From the NCBI GenBank assembly GCA_024679065.1, contig JAGIQG010000016.1, positions 46,810,001-46,874,000 of the forward strand: a stretch of DNA of 64,000 nt, in the 5' to 3' direction. The notes beneath the pieces were generated by a model. The model was not told the origin of the DNA, ran no database searches, and worked only from the letters and a program-made list of their open reading frames with translations. The stretch is from Sphyrna mokarran. Its lineage: Eukaryota. Below are positions 25,640-38,710 of the stretch, piece after piece (within the stretch, counting starts at the first letter, position 1; each line of letters starts with the position of its first letter). A program made the position numbers and the translations under genes.

Positions 25640-26000
25640 TTTCAGAAAGGATGTAACATTTGCAGTACTCCAGTCATCTGGAATACCCCTGAGCCTAAGG
25701 AAGTTTGAAAATTATAGTCAGTATCTCTGCAGTTTTCACTCTCAGCTTCCTTCAGTATTCTTAGATGTGTTTCATCTGGTCCTGGTGTCTTATCAACTGT
25801 AAGCGGACACCGCCTATACATCATCCTTATGAATTTTAAATCCTTCAAGTGCATCATCTTTCACCATGGACACCAACTTATTCCTTGGTAAAGACAGATG
25901 AAAAGTATTCATTTTAATATCTCAGTTCATGCTCACTGCCTCTATGTGTAAATCATTTTTCTAGTTCCTAATCTGTCCTGCTGTTCCCCTTACCTACAAG
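25640..26000 (-). mobile_element. CR1 LINE ORF2 (RT N-terminal region) fragment
   Basis: Reverse frames VDKTPGPDETHLRILKE..IFQ.SLGSGV...W..ANVT.F, typical of CR1 SPGPDxxHPRxLKE. Confidence 0.8.
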
Positions 26001-26270
26001 GGTCACCACCTGTGAAGGTCACTAGTGCTAAAGCAGTTCCTACACAAGAATGAGCTGAAGTCTCCACATAATATGAAGTTAGGTCATTAAATATAGCATG
26101 ATATGCTTGGAATGTCCAGGTAGGCATAATCTGAGAATTCAGATACTGCCAGCCTAATTTTCTTGCTCAGTAGAGTCAGCAGAAAAATGTTGCTTGTTGA
26201 GGCCAAAACGCAGAAGAGGAAGAAAGTTTTATGATCCAAGGGTACAGAGAGAAGCACAGAAATAATCTAT

Positions 26271-26405
26271 GGCCGGAATTCTCCAACCTTGCCCGCGATG
26301 AGAATTCTCCAATCCTGCTGCAGTGAATGGAGTTTTGGCTGAACTCCAAATTCTCTGTTCTTACTGGCAGTGGTTGCGGAGCATAGAATGTTGGAGAATT
26401 CCAGC
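26271..26405. mobile_element. Short MITE (Harbinger-like)
   Basis: TIRs GGCCGGAATTCTCCAAC / GTTGGAGAATTCCAGC. Confidence 0.8.
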
Positions 26406-26805
26406 TTGCGTTTTCCTTGACGATCGGACTGCTGCTTAGTTGGTTCAGCTGCAATTTTTGGAAGGCTTCCACTATAAATATCTTTGACGATTCTCATAGG
26501 CTTTGTGCACAGGTTCCAAGTAATCTAAACACCAACTAGCAGTGGGCTGAACTCAGCCCATGGACTGCACATTGAGATCCAGGCCTGAAACATGGCTGCC
26601 ATTTTGAGCTCCATTGTCAGAATAATTCCACCAGTCATCTCTATTAGATTCAAATCTTCCTGGTGTGTATATTTTAAAAATGAATGGCACATAGAGGTGA
26701 GAGATATCAAATGTAGTGTTAATTATTTTAATATTAACATTGAAATTAGTTACTTTTAGAAACTACGGAATTTGTAACAAAAATGTTGGGGTTTAAAAAG
26801 TCATG

Positions 26806-26933
26806 GCTGGAATTTTAGGGTCATTTATGCCTTGCTGCCGCAGTAAGCGAGGATGGAGAATTTAACGCTCAGCCAAATCTCCGTTCACTGCAGCGGGACC
26901 AGACAATCCTGCTCGAACGGCTGGAAACTCCAG
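26806..26933. mobile_element. Short MITE (same family as 26271-26405, opposite orientation)
   Basis: GGCTGGAATTTT start; internal GAGAATTTAACGCTCAGCCAAATCTCCGTTCACTGCAGCGGGA; end GGAAACTCCAG. Confidence 0.7.
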
Positions 26934-27406
26934 ACAAGCAATTTCACTTTCTTTAGCCCGGCGTGTGTCAGGAATTATCTTGTGGAAATTAAAACTGTTA
27001 GAAACAGACAAGTATGTAAGAATTAATTTTTATCAGCACTTAAGTTTGGCAGGTAAGAAAAGATATATCAATTATACAGGGAGAATAATCGCCCAATCTC
27101 TGTTCAAGATTTGATTGAACGTTCTTTTAACTAATTGAACAAGATCAGTCCTACCAACTGCTTATGTTTCACTCAGAGAATTGTTGCGATACGGAATGCT
27201 CCACTTGAAATAATCATGAAAGCTGAATTGAACAGGCATTTGAAGATGAGAAATTTGTGACAAAAAGCAGAAATGTGAGGCTAGTCGTGACTGCTCTTCC
27301 AAAGAACCAGTATCGGCACAACAGGGCAAATGGTCTCTTTCTCTGCTATTCATCTCATTTTATGAAGATACCAAAAGCAATGGCAACATTTTCCACGCTC
27401 AAGACT

Positions 27407-27720
27407 AAAGCCAGGATTTTCCATCCACTTGGGGCAGGACATAGTGAGCCATTGGCCGGTGGCAGGATTTGGTCATTAGATTCGTTCCACTAGTTGGCGC
27501 AACATTGAAGGCCGAAGGGCCTGTACTGCACTGTAATATTCCATGTTCTAGCATCTACCAGTCATGCCATAACTTATGGGCTTTTGCATAATTTGCCTGC
27601 TCTGGCTGTCAGGGAACTCGCCATGAGGAATCAACATCAGCAGGACCAGAAGATCCCGCCATTGGGAAGAGACAAAATTCCACCCTAAGTGTGGTGGCAG
27701 AGGGAACATGATTCCCGCTG
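27407..27720. mobile_element. MITE-like element interrupted by a short CR1 tail (~27490-27550)
   Basis: GCCAGGATTTTCC start, ATGATTCCCGC end; internal GGCCGAAGGGCCTGTACTGCACTGTAATATTCCATGTTCTA CR1-type tail. Confidence 0.55.
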
Positions 27721-28224
27721 ATTCAGTCGGGAGAACATTCCAAACATTTCCCACCAGAGATTGTTGTCTGGTTGGGGGCGGGGTGGGGGGGTCAGATAGC
27801 CCTCTTGTTGGATGGGAAGAGGCAAGTCAGATGGCTCTCTGGTCGGAGGAGAGAAGCAATTCAGATGGCTGTCTGGTGGGAGGGAGAAAGGTGGGTCAGA
27901 TGCCCTATGATGGTGGAAGGCTGGAGGGGTCCGTTGCCACTCTGCATCTGGTCGGTGAGGGGGAAGGGGGTAGGTGGCTGTGATTGGTCTGGGTAGTGGA
28001 TGGTGAGAGGGTAAGGGGGACAGTTATTTTGTGGACGGGGGTAAGGCAATGTCTATGGGGATTGGAGGAGTATTACCCGGCTGGGAGCGATATGGTAGGG
28101 GAGTGTTTTTGTATTTTTGTATTGTGCATGCAAGTTGAAGGCTCCAATCAGAACTGCAGTTCTTTCAGTGCGATAAGCCCCGCCCACAGTGAAATTCCCT
28201 TCGTTGCCACACTCCGTTACCTGT

Positions 28225-28400
28225 TCAAGTCAATGCATGTCTTTCAGACTGTGGGAGCACACCAGGGCACCCAGAGGAAACCCACGCAGACACGGGGAGA
28301 ACGTGCAGACTCCACACAGACTGTGATCCAAGCCAGGAATTAAACCCTGTTCCCTGGTGCTGTGAGGCAGCAGTGCTAACCACAGCGCCACAATGCCGCT
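28225..28400 (-). mobile_element. HE1-type V-SINE, 3'-truncated
   Basis: Head and V-domain (GGAAACCCACGCAGACACGGGGAGAACGTGCAGACTCCACACAG on +). Confidence 0.85.
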
Positions 28401-28879
28401 CCTTGCAGCAAATACCTGGATCCCCCTAGAGCTCTTTGGCTTACGCCAATGTTTTAGGGAGTGAAAAACCGAAGTTTAATTCCTGAACTGTACAAGCATT
28501 AAGGTGCGAATAGGGAATGCTTTGAAGCCTCTGGGCTTTCTGATAGAAAAACAGTCAGCAATCATACAACCCCTGGTTGCTTTCCAATGATGTCTGTAAA
28601 ATCTGGTGAAAAAATACTTCAGTGGGTGTTGAGCATAGATCTTGACTGTAATGTGTTGAATAGCTTACTGACATTCTGGAATAAAGAGCAATCATTTTTA
28701 TTGACTTCCTCTTCCAGCAACTTAGTATTATATCACAAAATGAGTCACAAACTGAAAGACTTTTTAAAAAAGTAAACTGTTTGTCCTATTGATAGAAAAG
28801 AAATCTCTTAGGAAGACAACACAACTCCTGGCTGTACAGGGTATTCAGTTGTAATAAGTATCAGTTTTGCTTCTCTAAG

Positions 28880-29215
28880 CGCAGGCACTTTTGCTTGTGA
28901 GTCATACAGTGATTGGTTTCAAGTTCTACTTCAGAGACTTGCGTACGTAACCTAACACTTCAGTACAGTACTGAGAGAAAGCTGTTCTGTTGGGGGAACT
29001 GTCGCATCTCCATCTGTTTGTACAGGTGGATGTAAGAAATCCCATGACACCATACTGAAGAAGATCACGGGAGTCCTCCATTGTTCTGGCCAACACATAT
29101 TCCTCAACCAATATGAAACAGATTAATTAGTCAACTATCCTTTTACTCTTTGCAGGACCTGATTTGTTCTATGGTAATAGTGATTCCACCTCAGCTTTGA
29201 AGTGTCAGGGGATTT
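28880..29215 (+). mobile_element. Deu-domain SINE (SacSINE1/AmnSINE1-related)
   Basis: CAGTACAGTACTGAGAGA...CAGGTGGATGTAAGAAATCCCATGACAC..GAAGAAGA..GGGAGT..CTGGCCAAC..TCCTCAACCA, matching the Deu core as I recall it. Confidence 0.75.
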
Positions 29216-30919
29216 CCAGATGATGTAAATGATGTTGTTTCCTCTTCCTTCGAATAAATTCCCCTGATTTCTGGCACCAGCTTTTAAACACTTCTTCTGC
29301 CTTGTCTTTGTTTCTTATTCCTGGTTCCCATCATTTATTTTGGCAGGAAGAGCAATTTGTATCAGTTCTGGTTTTGATAAGAGTTCAAAATGATTCCAAA
29401 AAAGCTATTTTCTTTAGCCAGTCAGAATCTCATTTCTATAAATTGGTATTCATAGATATGCTCAGATCAATCTTGGAAGCATACCATTCAAATCAACAGA
29501 TGAGAAATTTCTCTGATGGCCCATGAAACTTCATTGACTCAGAGGAATTGCCTTGTTCATGTCACCCTAAAGGTTAATACTGCATTGTGTCAGACAATAC
29601 TCATTATACTGATCTAGTGAGCTAAGAATTATCTGGCAACTGTTGTCAGGGGAGCAGTGTACATACAATAACCATAGTGTGTGACCTTCTCTATTATTTA
29701 AGAATATTTTATGGAGGCAAGCTGGATCCAATACTGGAAGGTGGAATACATACTTTTGGTACATAGAATAACTGATAAAAAACCCAACAAGGCTTGTGGG
29801 CTGCTATTTATCTGTTGTCCTCCCCACGTATGAAGCTTTGCACTTTTAACATGAATCAACTCTTCACTGAAAAATTAGAAATTTCAAATCAATTTTCCCT
29901 GGAAAATATTAGAGAAAATTCACTTGCTATTCTTTTTTGTCCTTTAGAACATCTTGTCTTCACTGATGATGGAAAAATTAAGTTTTATGTCTTCAAGTCA
30001 ATGGTCATCGTGCTTAATAACTTTTTAATACAAATATTTCAGTCTCCAATTCCCAAGATGGCACTGTTTCTTGCCTAGATATCAATCCAAATCTGGTTAG
30101 AAGAATAATCTTAACAAATTTCCCAACGAAATTTGGGCCAATTTTGGATTTCAGGCCATTTATGAAAGTAGCAAATAATAGTGCGAAGCAGGTTGTGCAT
30201 CAGAATAAAGAGTCGAACGGGGGAGGTTTATTCATCCAGAAAATCCAGAAAAATGTTGCTACGTATACGTTTTCATACACCGATCGAGAGAACATATTGA
30301 ACATTTTTATAAGCTATTGAGTTACAAAATAAATAGCACGGCTCCATTAGTTTGAATAAGTGAGCTATAAACATAGATAATTAAAACCTATTACACAATC
30401 AGATTTTCCTGGTTACATCTGCTTTCTTCAAGGCATTTGGCTGCAGTAAAGTTCAACTTCTTTTGTAAGCACCTCTGTCAATCACAAAGCACAAACACTG
30501 GTGAAAGTTTATTAATAGCAGGACTGCCTTCTGTCGAGTGCAATAAATAAAGATGGAATAATGGTTTCAAGTTATAAGGGAGAAACATTCAGAACAATTA
30601 CCTATAGACTAATATTATCTAGTTTTTTTAAATAATAAAGGATATGTTTTGCCTGATACTGTTACATTTCTGCAGGAATATCCACTAAGAAAACAGAGAC
30701 TAACTCCAAACAAGATTAATAATTCACATCAATCCGAATGTAGCAATTAGCATAGATTTTAATTTCCTTTTTATGAGAAGTACTTTAGTGAAAATGCTGT
30801 AACAATCATGTTAATGATTGTGGAGAAAAGGACTAAGTGAGAATATATGCCCAAAAGAAAACTCTCCTCATTGCAAATTCTTTGGATTGTGTGTTGAATG
30901 TTGAATAATTCCAGTTTAA

Positions 30920-31140
30920 ACCATATTAACCTTTAGACTAGAGAAAGTTTTTAATGCAGAGATCTCTGAGGGTACAGAACACTTTACCTAAGAGTAATTG
31001 ATGCAGAGACTATTCCATCTTTTTATAGGGTACAAGATTATGGATAGGGTAAACAGCAGGAGGATTGGTTTTGCATTGTTTTGCCAATAGGTGGCATAGT
31101 GCTAAGTGAGTGAAAGACTTCCTTCTGCATTATAATTTCC
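30920..31140 (+). mobile_element. Old CR1 3' fragment
   Basis: TTTTTAATGCAGAGA..GAACACTTTACC (FF.QR..WN.LP-like) and tail-like CTTCCTTCTGCATTATAATTTC. Confidence 0.5.
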
Positions 31141-31751
31141 CTTGTTTTTACATTACGGATTCACTGCTATCTGTTTAGCAAACCACTTTAGTATCACTTT
31201 GTTTAAATGGCTTAAATTCAAATGGTATTTTCTTGAATCTTTATGTAGAACTTCGGCAATCTGGCTTGCTTTTCAAGGATGATCCGTATTGGGTGCAAGC
31301 CACATGAATAGCACACTTGTCTTCTAATTGCATCACTGCACATCTGTGCAACATCAGGATTTTTGCCCGCTAATTGAAGAATGTTTTAATAGCCGTTATA
31401 TCCTGCAAACTGTTGGCTAATGTAACCTAAGAACTGTTTTGAAGTTCAGATCTCCAATTTCCATTTAACCCCAGAAGGATTTTTAACAAGACCAGAAAGG
31501 GCTTCAGTTTGTTTGCCTGATGTTGACCATATCTCCCTCTGGATGGTTATTCTGAAGACTATACGTTTAATCTCCCTCAGCCTATCCAGTCTCACATCAT
31601 ACATTGGATTCATTATGGCATGGGGAAATAGAAAGCCCCCAGGTGTAGGCGGGAATTTACTCCCAGCCCAACTCCATCAGCCACTCTGAAATGGCTCGGA
31701 AGAAGTAGGTGGAATTTCTGTTCCTGAAGGAAGCTCTCTATTTCCCAATTC

Positions 31752-31846
31752 TGATATGAATATACCGGCATTGGACTAGGGTAAACCTGTTGAACTTTAA
31801 CCTGGTGTTGTGAGACTTCTTATTGTGTTTTCCCCATTCCACCAAT
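31752..31846. mobile_element. Internally deleted copy of the palindromic Penelope-derived element
   Basis: Left end CCGGCATTGGACTAGGGTAAAC joined directly to right arm CTGTTGAACTTTAACCTGGTGTTGTGAGACTTCTTA (compare 9980-10178). Confidence 0.75.
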
Positions 31847-31894
31847 ATCCAATTGTTCTGTCAGGCGTTTGAAATTGCTGAGGAAGTGTAGCTG

Positions 31895-32298
31895 AAATAG
31901 AACAGTACAGGTCCTTCGGCCCTCATTGTTCTACCGAGCTATGTCTAAACCCAAAATCAAGCTATCCCACACCCTATAATTCTGGTGTACTCTATATGCC
32001 TATCGAATAACTGCTTGAAAGTTCCTAAAGTGTCCGACTCCACTATCACAGCAGGCAATGTATTCCACACCCCAACCACTCTCTGAGTGAACAATCTACC
32101 TTGGACATCCCTCCTATATCTCGCACCATGAATCTTATAGTTATGCCCCCTAGTAACAGTTACATCCACCTGAGGAAATAGTCTCTGTGCATCCAATCTA
32201 TCTCCCTCATCATCTTATAAACTTCTATTAAGTCATCTCTCATCCTCTCCGCTCTAAAGAGAAAAGCCCCAGCTCCCTCAACCTTTCCTGAAAAAACC
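31895..32298 (-). mobile_element. CR1 LINE 3' fragment
   Basis: ORF 31957-32196: RLFP...TRGHNYKI.G.RYRRDVQGRLFTQRVVGVWNTLP..IVES.TLGTFK.LFD. Confidence 0.92.
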
Positions 32299-32540
32299 TA
32301 TTATGAAGTTACTGTGAAAATCCTCTAGTCACCATACTCCGTAAATTTAGCATGGCCAATGCACCTAATCAGTTCTTCTTTTAGACTGTGGGAGGAAACT
32401 GGAACACCCAGAGGAAGTCCTTGCAGACATGAGGAGAACATGCAGACTCTACAAAGACAGTGACCCAAGCCAAGAATCAAATCCAGGATCCTGGCGCTGT
32501 GAGGCAGCAGTGCTAACCACTATGCCACTGCGGCACCACT
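32299..32540 (-). mobile_element. V-SINE (alternative-tail subfamily) abutting the CR1 fragment
   Basis: Head, V-domain and partial tail TGAAGTTACTGTGAAAATCC on +. Confidence 0.85.
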
Positions 32541-35500
32541 TCCATTGGAATATGTTTGAACAATCAACGTAAGAAGATCTAGTTAATAGTATTATTCTTT
32601 ATAGTATACTCATGATCCATGAGGAAAGCCTAAAGGATCTTATTGGCTCACACAACAGTTTGGATTAGAGACTAATGGAGAGGGGAGGGTGGAAAAATAG
32701 GAAAGGCCAATCATCTAATGCAGTTAAGTATGATAGATGTTGCTCAGGCACTTAGCATTCTTAGTCAGAGAATTTAGTATTTATGATACAGCAGGGACCA
32801 ATAAAGAGGTGCTAAGAGTAGGGTAGTTTTCTAAATGATTTGTAGGTGCTCAACACATTTCAGATATAAACAATAAAATAAAACAGTGTTTGGAAGATGT
32901 TCAAAAGTGCTGACGTCAATTAAGTGCCAACACTCCTCAAATAACTTAATCTGCAGCATTTGGTCACCAGTAGTGCTTATTATTGGATGCAAACATGTTT
33001 GGTTTGTACCCAATATGTTGCACAGCCATCAGCACAGGATCAATCTGCAGCATGAAAGGACAATGAAATTATTTATGTCTGTTCTCCCTTTGGATATTAG
33101 AATGGCATTCTTTCAGATTCTGCATTTGGTAGTGCTATGATATCCTTCTTACCCATTTGGTAGATTGCAGTTCTTCTTCAGAAGACTGCCAAGTAACTAC
33201 ACAATGTCCTGGGATTTGTCAGTTATTCAGTAATATTGTGTAAAGTCTAAACTATCCATTTCTTTTCTAAGTACCATTTCTTTCCATGATACATCCAGAG
33301 AGCTGCCACCCAATAGCTGAATATTGGGTATAGTTTCCATGCCTTAATGCACCGAGAAATGGATATCTAATAGTATAGTAAATGCTGGAGAAAGAATGAA
33401 GAAGCTGTGTTTTGTAGCTTTTTCAGGAGTCAGGAGAATCAGGCTGGCAGCAATCCAGAGTTTTGGAGCACATTTTGCGATATTAGTACGCAAATGATTA
33501 ACTCTTTCTTTTAGCTATTGTTTTAAAAGAAATTAGTTCATATTTAATTGTAAATGTTATTATGAATGTTAAATGAAATAATGTAATAAACTAATTTCAC
33601 TGCTTAGCTTTATGCCATTTTCTTCAGTATATTACTATGCATGGTAAAACCAGTTAATAGCGGTATATTTAAATTGAAACCTTAGCAGAAAACATGTGAA
33701 AATTTATAGTATAAAAACTCAGTTACCTCAACTATCTGTCAATGTTACACTCATCATAGTATAAGAGGAATAGCATTGTGTCTGCTTGGAAAAACAAGGG
33801 GATGGATAGAGCTCAGTGTCTCCACATTTTCCCCTGATTCGCACAGCAATGAGACCATTTCACTTCCAACTGCGTCATTGCTTATGCTGTTCCTGATGCC
33901 ATTGTCTCATTAATGCCAATTTGAAGGGACAAGAGATCGGACTTCATGGCTTGGCACAGAGAATAAAGGGATAAGCCAGTGGCCATTTGATAATTACATT
34001 TTCCCAATACTGTAACTCTTTATTGTGATACGTATCACTGTATTGACCATCTGGAGAACAAACTAGTTTGTTTTCCAATAATCTTGGACAATGTCTTTTC
34101 AAAGATGTGTTGAAGAATTATGCTCTGTGGAAAATATTAAGATTGAGTTCAAACTGATTGTACAGAAGGGCTGTATGAGATAGGGAATTATTTTCACTCT
34201 GTGTGTTCTCATAGGATCAAATGAAGGTCAGGGACCAACTTTCTCTCACTGAAAGCCTTTTCAGGTATTTTCAAAACCAAACACTGTGCATCTGCCCTCA
34301 CATACACAGATATATTCTTGCAAGATCTGCAGTTTAACACTTACAAATATACTGAACGAATATCACTTCTGGAAAGTAGAAATGATCGATGCTAATTAAT
34401 CTTTTGTTCTGTTTTTGGGTCTGAAAACGTTCATCTCTAAATGAGTGATAGCCCAATAAAAAGAGTAATTACAAATTGCACACCAGTTTGGGTCTTGAGA
34501 TCAAAATTTCTCCGTTATGTCTCTCCAAGAATTATGAAGAATCAATGCACAGTAGTTATAAAGCAGAAGTCAATTTCCCTGATAAAACTATACATCCTAC
34601 AAATTTCATTTTGACACTTGATGATGGGGGCAATTAAAGGAAATTGTTATAGATTTGAAATGTTGATAAAAGGCCATTTTCTGGGAAACCAAATGCTCTA
34701 AGAAAAGTTGCTGAAGCTTTCTCACTAAGCCTGTTGCATCTGGTCCTTTTTAAAAGCTTCAATGCACATTTTTCAGTTCCTTTCTCCCTGCACCACTTTC
34801 AAATTGTTTTGCTCTCTGCTGAATCAGAGATCAATCTATTCTCACTGGGAATGCTACAGCTGAGCCAGCCGTCACATATTTGGAACAGGCTATCCCATAT
34901 ATCACTGACTCACAGCATAAAAATATAGTCTTTCATGTACCTTTAGTTCACATAAATGACTTTTAGTTCTCTCGCCTTTGGCTAAAAATACCTCACTGCA
35001 TTTAACTTAAATTTCTTTCATTATTTTCAGAACAGGTCATTCTCCCTTAACTCATTTTTCGTATGAGCTGAGATTTGCCTCCCTTAACCACTCTTCATAT
35101 CTTAATAATTCTAAGACTTTGAACCATCTCAATTGCCCATCTTTGAATCCTTGCCAATGGTTTCAGATATTTTCTGATTACGGTCACATAATATTTCAGT
35201 TGTTTTATTAAGTGTCAATGTAACTTCCTTGGATTTGTGTTCTCTGAAACTATATATACATCTGACATTCTACTTGTCCTTGGAACCGTTACATCTACTG
35301 TTATGATGCTTCCAGTGTTTTGCCAGTTGTCACGTCAAGATTTCTGCCTGATATATTTCTTTGCAGATATATTACAATTACACACATTATTTTAAGCTTG
35401 TTCGAATCTAAGACAACTTGTATAGTTGCCAAGACTCCCTAGATATCAGAATTCAATGATTTTCTGCTCAACACTGCTGTTTTTCATATAATTTATCATC

Positions 35501-35599
35501 TGTATATGTACACATCTTAAACACACTATTTTGACCACAATTACTTAGTGATTGAATAGAACATGGTTCCAAGCATAATTAATTTTTTATTGCACTGGA

Positions 35600-35880
35600 A
35601 TGTCACTTTGGCTCAATTGGAAACACTCTTGCTTCTGAATCATATGGTTTCGGGTTGAAACCCAACTACAGACTTGGACAATAGAATAAGATGTCACTTT
35701 AGTGCAATAATGATGCAAGGTTAGATTGCTGGAGATTAATGTGTCAACGAGATATTAAACTAAAATCCCAGCTACCAATTCAGGAAGTGTATGATTTAGT
35801 GCATGGAATTCTCCTAATGCCCAGTCCAATAATCCTTTTTCAACAATTAAGGAAAGTTGTACTGGTATTTATATTGTGTG
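35600..35880 (+). mobile_element. Degenerate Deu-domain SINE
   Basis: tRNA-like head GGCTCAATTGGAAACACTCTTGCTTCTGAATC..GGGTTGAAACCC; GAGATATTAAAC core remnant. Confidence 0.55.
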
Positions 35881-35889
35881 TTTAATGAC

Positions 35890-36135
35890 CTCAAAGTGTT
35901 TTTCAATCAATTAAGTACTTCTGAAGTGTAGTCAGGAAGAATATAGGGAAGTGCAGAAATCGATTTGCACACAGCCAGGCCCTACAAATAGCAATGAGAA
36001 ACATGACCAGATAAATCAGTTTTTGCAATGTTGGCTGAGGGATTAATATTGAGCAGTATACTGGCCAGCCATGGGATCTTTTATATCCACCTGAGAGGGC
36101 AGACATGGCTTTAGTTTAACATTTCAACCAAAGGA
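35890..36135 (-). mobile_element. Deu-domain SINE, 3' half
   Basis: + strand GCCATGGGATCTTTTATATCCACCTGAGAGGGCAGAC..GTTTAACATTTCA is the antisense Deu core. Confidence 0.8.
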
Positions 36136-36629
36136 TAGATTCATAAACATTTCAACTCATTATTTTTCTTATTGATGACTTTTACAAAGTCATGTAAAGT
36201 GCCCTGTTTACCCACGTAACAAACATAGATTTTAAAAAATGACTTAATAAACACAGTTAGCATAATCCTTTCTTTCTCCTCTATCTATGACTGTCCAGTT
36301 ACTGTTGCAATCAATAGCGTCTATCCTTTATCATAGTAATTTAGTCAAGTGATTATCACACTACTTATTTTATTCAATAAGTCATCAATTCAACTTGAAT
36401 ATTCTGGCAAAGAGCCTTTGTTCACTATGCCTTCCTACTGCAGTGTAATTTATCCTTCATTCATAAACCTGGATCTGAATTTCTTTTTTCATCACCAGAG
36501 TCTAATCCTTTCTCTGTTGCAGAAGTTGGGAAAATCAGGCTCCCATGATCAATGTTTTCAATGTTTTTATTTGGGTGCCTATCAAAATGAAACACTTTCT
36601 GAAATCAGGTACCCATTGTCAGCATTAAG

Positions 36630-36825
36630 ATCTTAAGAAATAGGAGCATTTGTAGCCCATTTGGTCCACCGAGCTTTCTGTCTCATTCAATAGGATCATG
36701 ACTGATCTGACTGTGGACTAACCCCACCTTCATTCCTGTGGTTAAACCCCATCCCCACCATCCCAAACCCTCAATCTACAATTCTTAGTTCCCTTGAAGA
36801 TGGCCTGTCTGGCTCAGCCTTGAAC
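36630..36825 (-). mobile_element. CR1 3' UTR fragment
   Basis: TAAGAAATAGGAGCA..GCCCATTTGGTCC..CATTCAATAGGATCATGACTGATCT antisense tail. Confidence 0.7.
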
Positions 36826-37369
36826 TTTTTATATTCTTTCAGCAGTTGTGGGTTTCACTGCCAAGGTCAGCATTTGTTGTCCTCTCTTATTGCCCCTGAG
36901 AAGGAGGTGATGAGCCACCTTCTTGAACTGCTTGAAATCTTGAAATGATCTGGTGCACCCAGATTCATATATGATTTACTACGAAAATGGGAAGTGCTGT
37001 GTTTGGGGGCAGGACTTGCAATGTCTGGGTTCTCCTGCAATTTTTGCCATTGTGCAGAGGCCATCCATTGTAGCAAAAATCCAAGCTTTAGTCTTTCATC
37101 TCTGAGACCTTCTTTACATCCACTGTTGACCAATGGGATGAAATCTCGTTTTAATTTATTTAAATAAAGAATGTAACATGAAGGGACTCTGTCTAAATTG
37201 ATCATTGGATGTGAATTTAAAGACTGAAGTTATTGTTAATTTGACATCAAATTGACTATCTCACTCAAACAAACAGTCTTTAAGAATGGAAAAATAAAGT
37301 GTTAGTGATGTTGTTTTGAGAAGGGACATTGTTGTCAGAATGTGGAAAGATTTACTCTGAATTAAACTT

Positions 37370-38245
37370 TGATTAACATCTTTAGTCAAGAAGGGAGGGA
37401 GGCTGACAGCAGGAAATTATAAGCTGGTTAGTTTAACACCTGTCTTTGAGAAAATGTTAGAATCTATTATGAAGGAGCTACTGATAGAACATTTAAAATA
37501 TTATAGAGTTGACATGGTTTTGTGAAAGAGAAATTGTGTTTATTCAAGTTCTTTGAGAATGTAAAAAGTGGGATGGATAAAGAGATACCGGTAGATGTAG
37601 TGTATTTGATTTCTAAAGGCATTCAATAAGGTGTCACATAAAAGGTTATCACAGAAGATAAGATCTTATGTTCTTGAGAGTGATTTATTAGTACATACAG
37701 AGGATTTACTAACTACAGGAATAGGGAGATATGATATGTGCATAATTTTCAGGTTGGCAAACTGTAACTAGTAGAGTGTTAAAGGATCAATGCTGGAACC
37801 TCAATTATTTACCATCTGTACTTGAATGAAGGAACTTATTACTCTGATCATATTTCCTAACAACGTAAAGAAAGATAGAAAAGCAAGTTGTGTGAAGAAT
37901 ACAAAGATATTGCAAAGGGACGTAAATGGGTTAAGTGAATGGGCAAAAATATGGCATGTGAAATATAATTGGGAAAATGTGAGGTTTTGCACTTTTGCAG
38001 GAAGAGTAGAAAAGCAGAATATTCTTTAAATGTAGAAAGACCGCAGAATTCCGTTGTATAGAGGGCTCTGGGTATTGACTTAAAAAAAGTTAGCAGACAG
38101 GCACAGAAAGTAAGTAGGAAGACAAATTAAACGATGATCTTGTTTGCAAGAGGAGTGAAGTATTAAAGTAGGGAAGTGTATCCATAACTATACAGCACAT
38201 TAGTGAGATCATAGCTAATGTACTGTGTAGAATTTTGGTCTCCTT
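37370..38245 (+). mobile_element. CR1 LINE reverse-transcriptase fragment
   Basis: GNYKLVSLTPV.EKMLESIMK, VDVVY.DF.KAFNKVSHKRL, GSMLEPQLFTI, LQRDVNGLSEWAKIWHVKYN. Confidence 0.92.
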
Positions 38246-38710
38246 AGTTCAACATCATGAAGGAAAAAGCAGCCCACTTGACCACATCCCATCCACAAAC
38301 ATTCACTTCCTGCACAACCAATGCATGGTGGCAGCAGGGTGTGCTATCTACATTGTAGTTGCATTGTAGCAACTCTCTAAAAGTCCTTTGAGAGCACTTT
38401 CCAAACATCCCCTTTATCACCCAGAAGGACACAGACACATGAGCTGGAACTCTACCATCTTTTCCACTACAGAACTGGCACAGGTGACAATCCAACAAAG
38501 GAAGTCTTCATTGACTTTGGGCCTGAATTTCTGGTGTCGCCTGAGCGAGACCATAAAATCACACCTAGGAGAATAACATCATCTGCAAGTTTCCCTCCAA
38601 GTCACATATGATCCTGATTTGGAGCTATATCGCTGTTCCTTCCCTGACACCGGAGCAAAGCCTTGGAATTCCCTTTTCCGCGTTCATGATTCATGGAGGC
38701 AGCTGACCAT
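38246..38710 (+). mobile_element. 3' region of the CR1-group LINE family also seen at 51660-53560, with a small insertion at ~38461-38575
   Basis: AAAGCAGCCCACTTGA...AACATTCACTTCCTGCACAAC...CTGCAAGTTTTCCCTCCAAGTCACA..ATCCTGATTTGGAGCTATATCGCTGTTCCTTC. Confidence 0.75.

Noticed and set aside
34215-34264. 50-nt + strand exon-like pattern (DQMKVRDQLSLTESLF)
   Set aside because: Weak donor (GTATTT), length not a multiple of three, and peptide not recognised.
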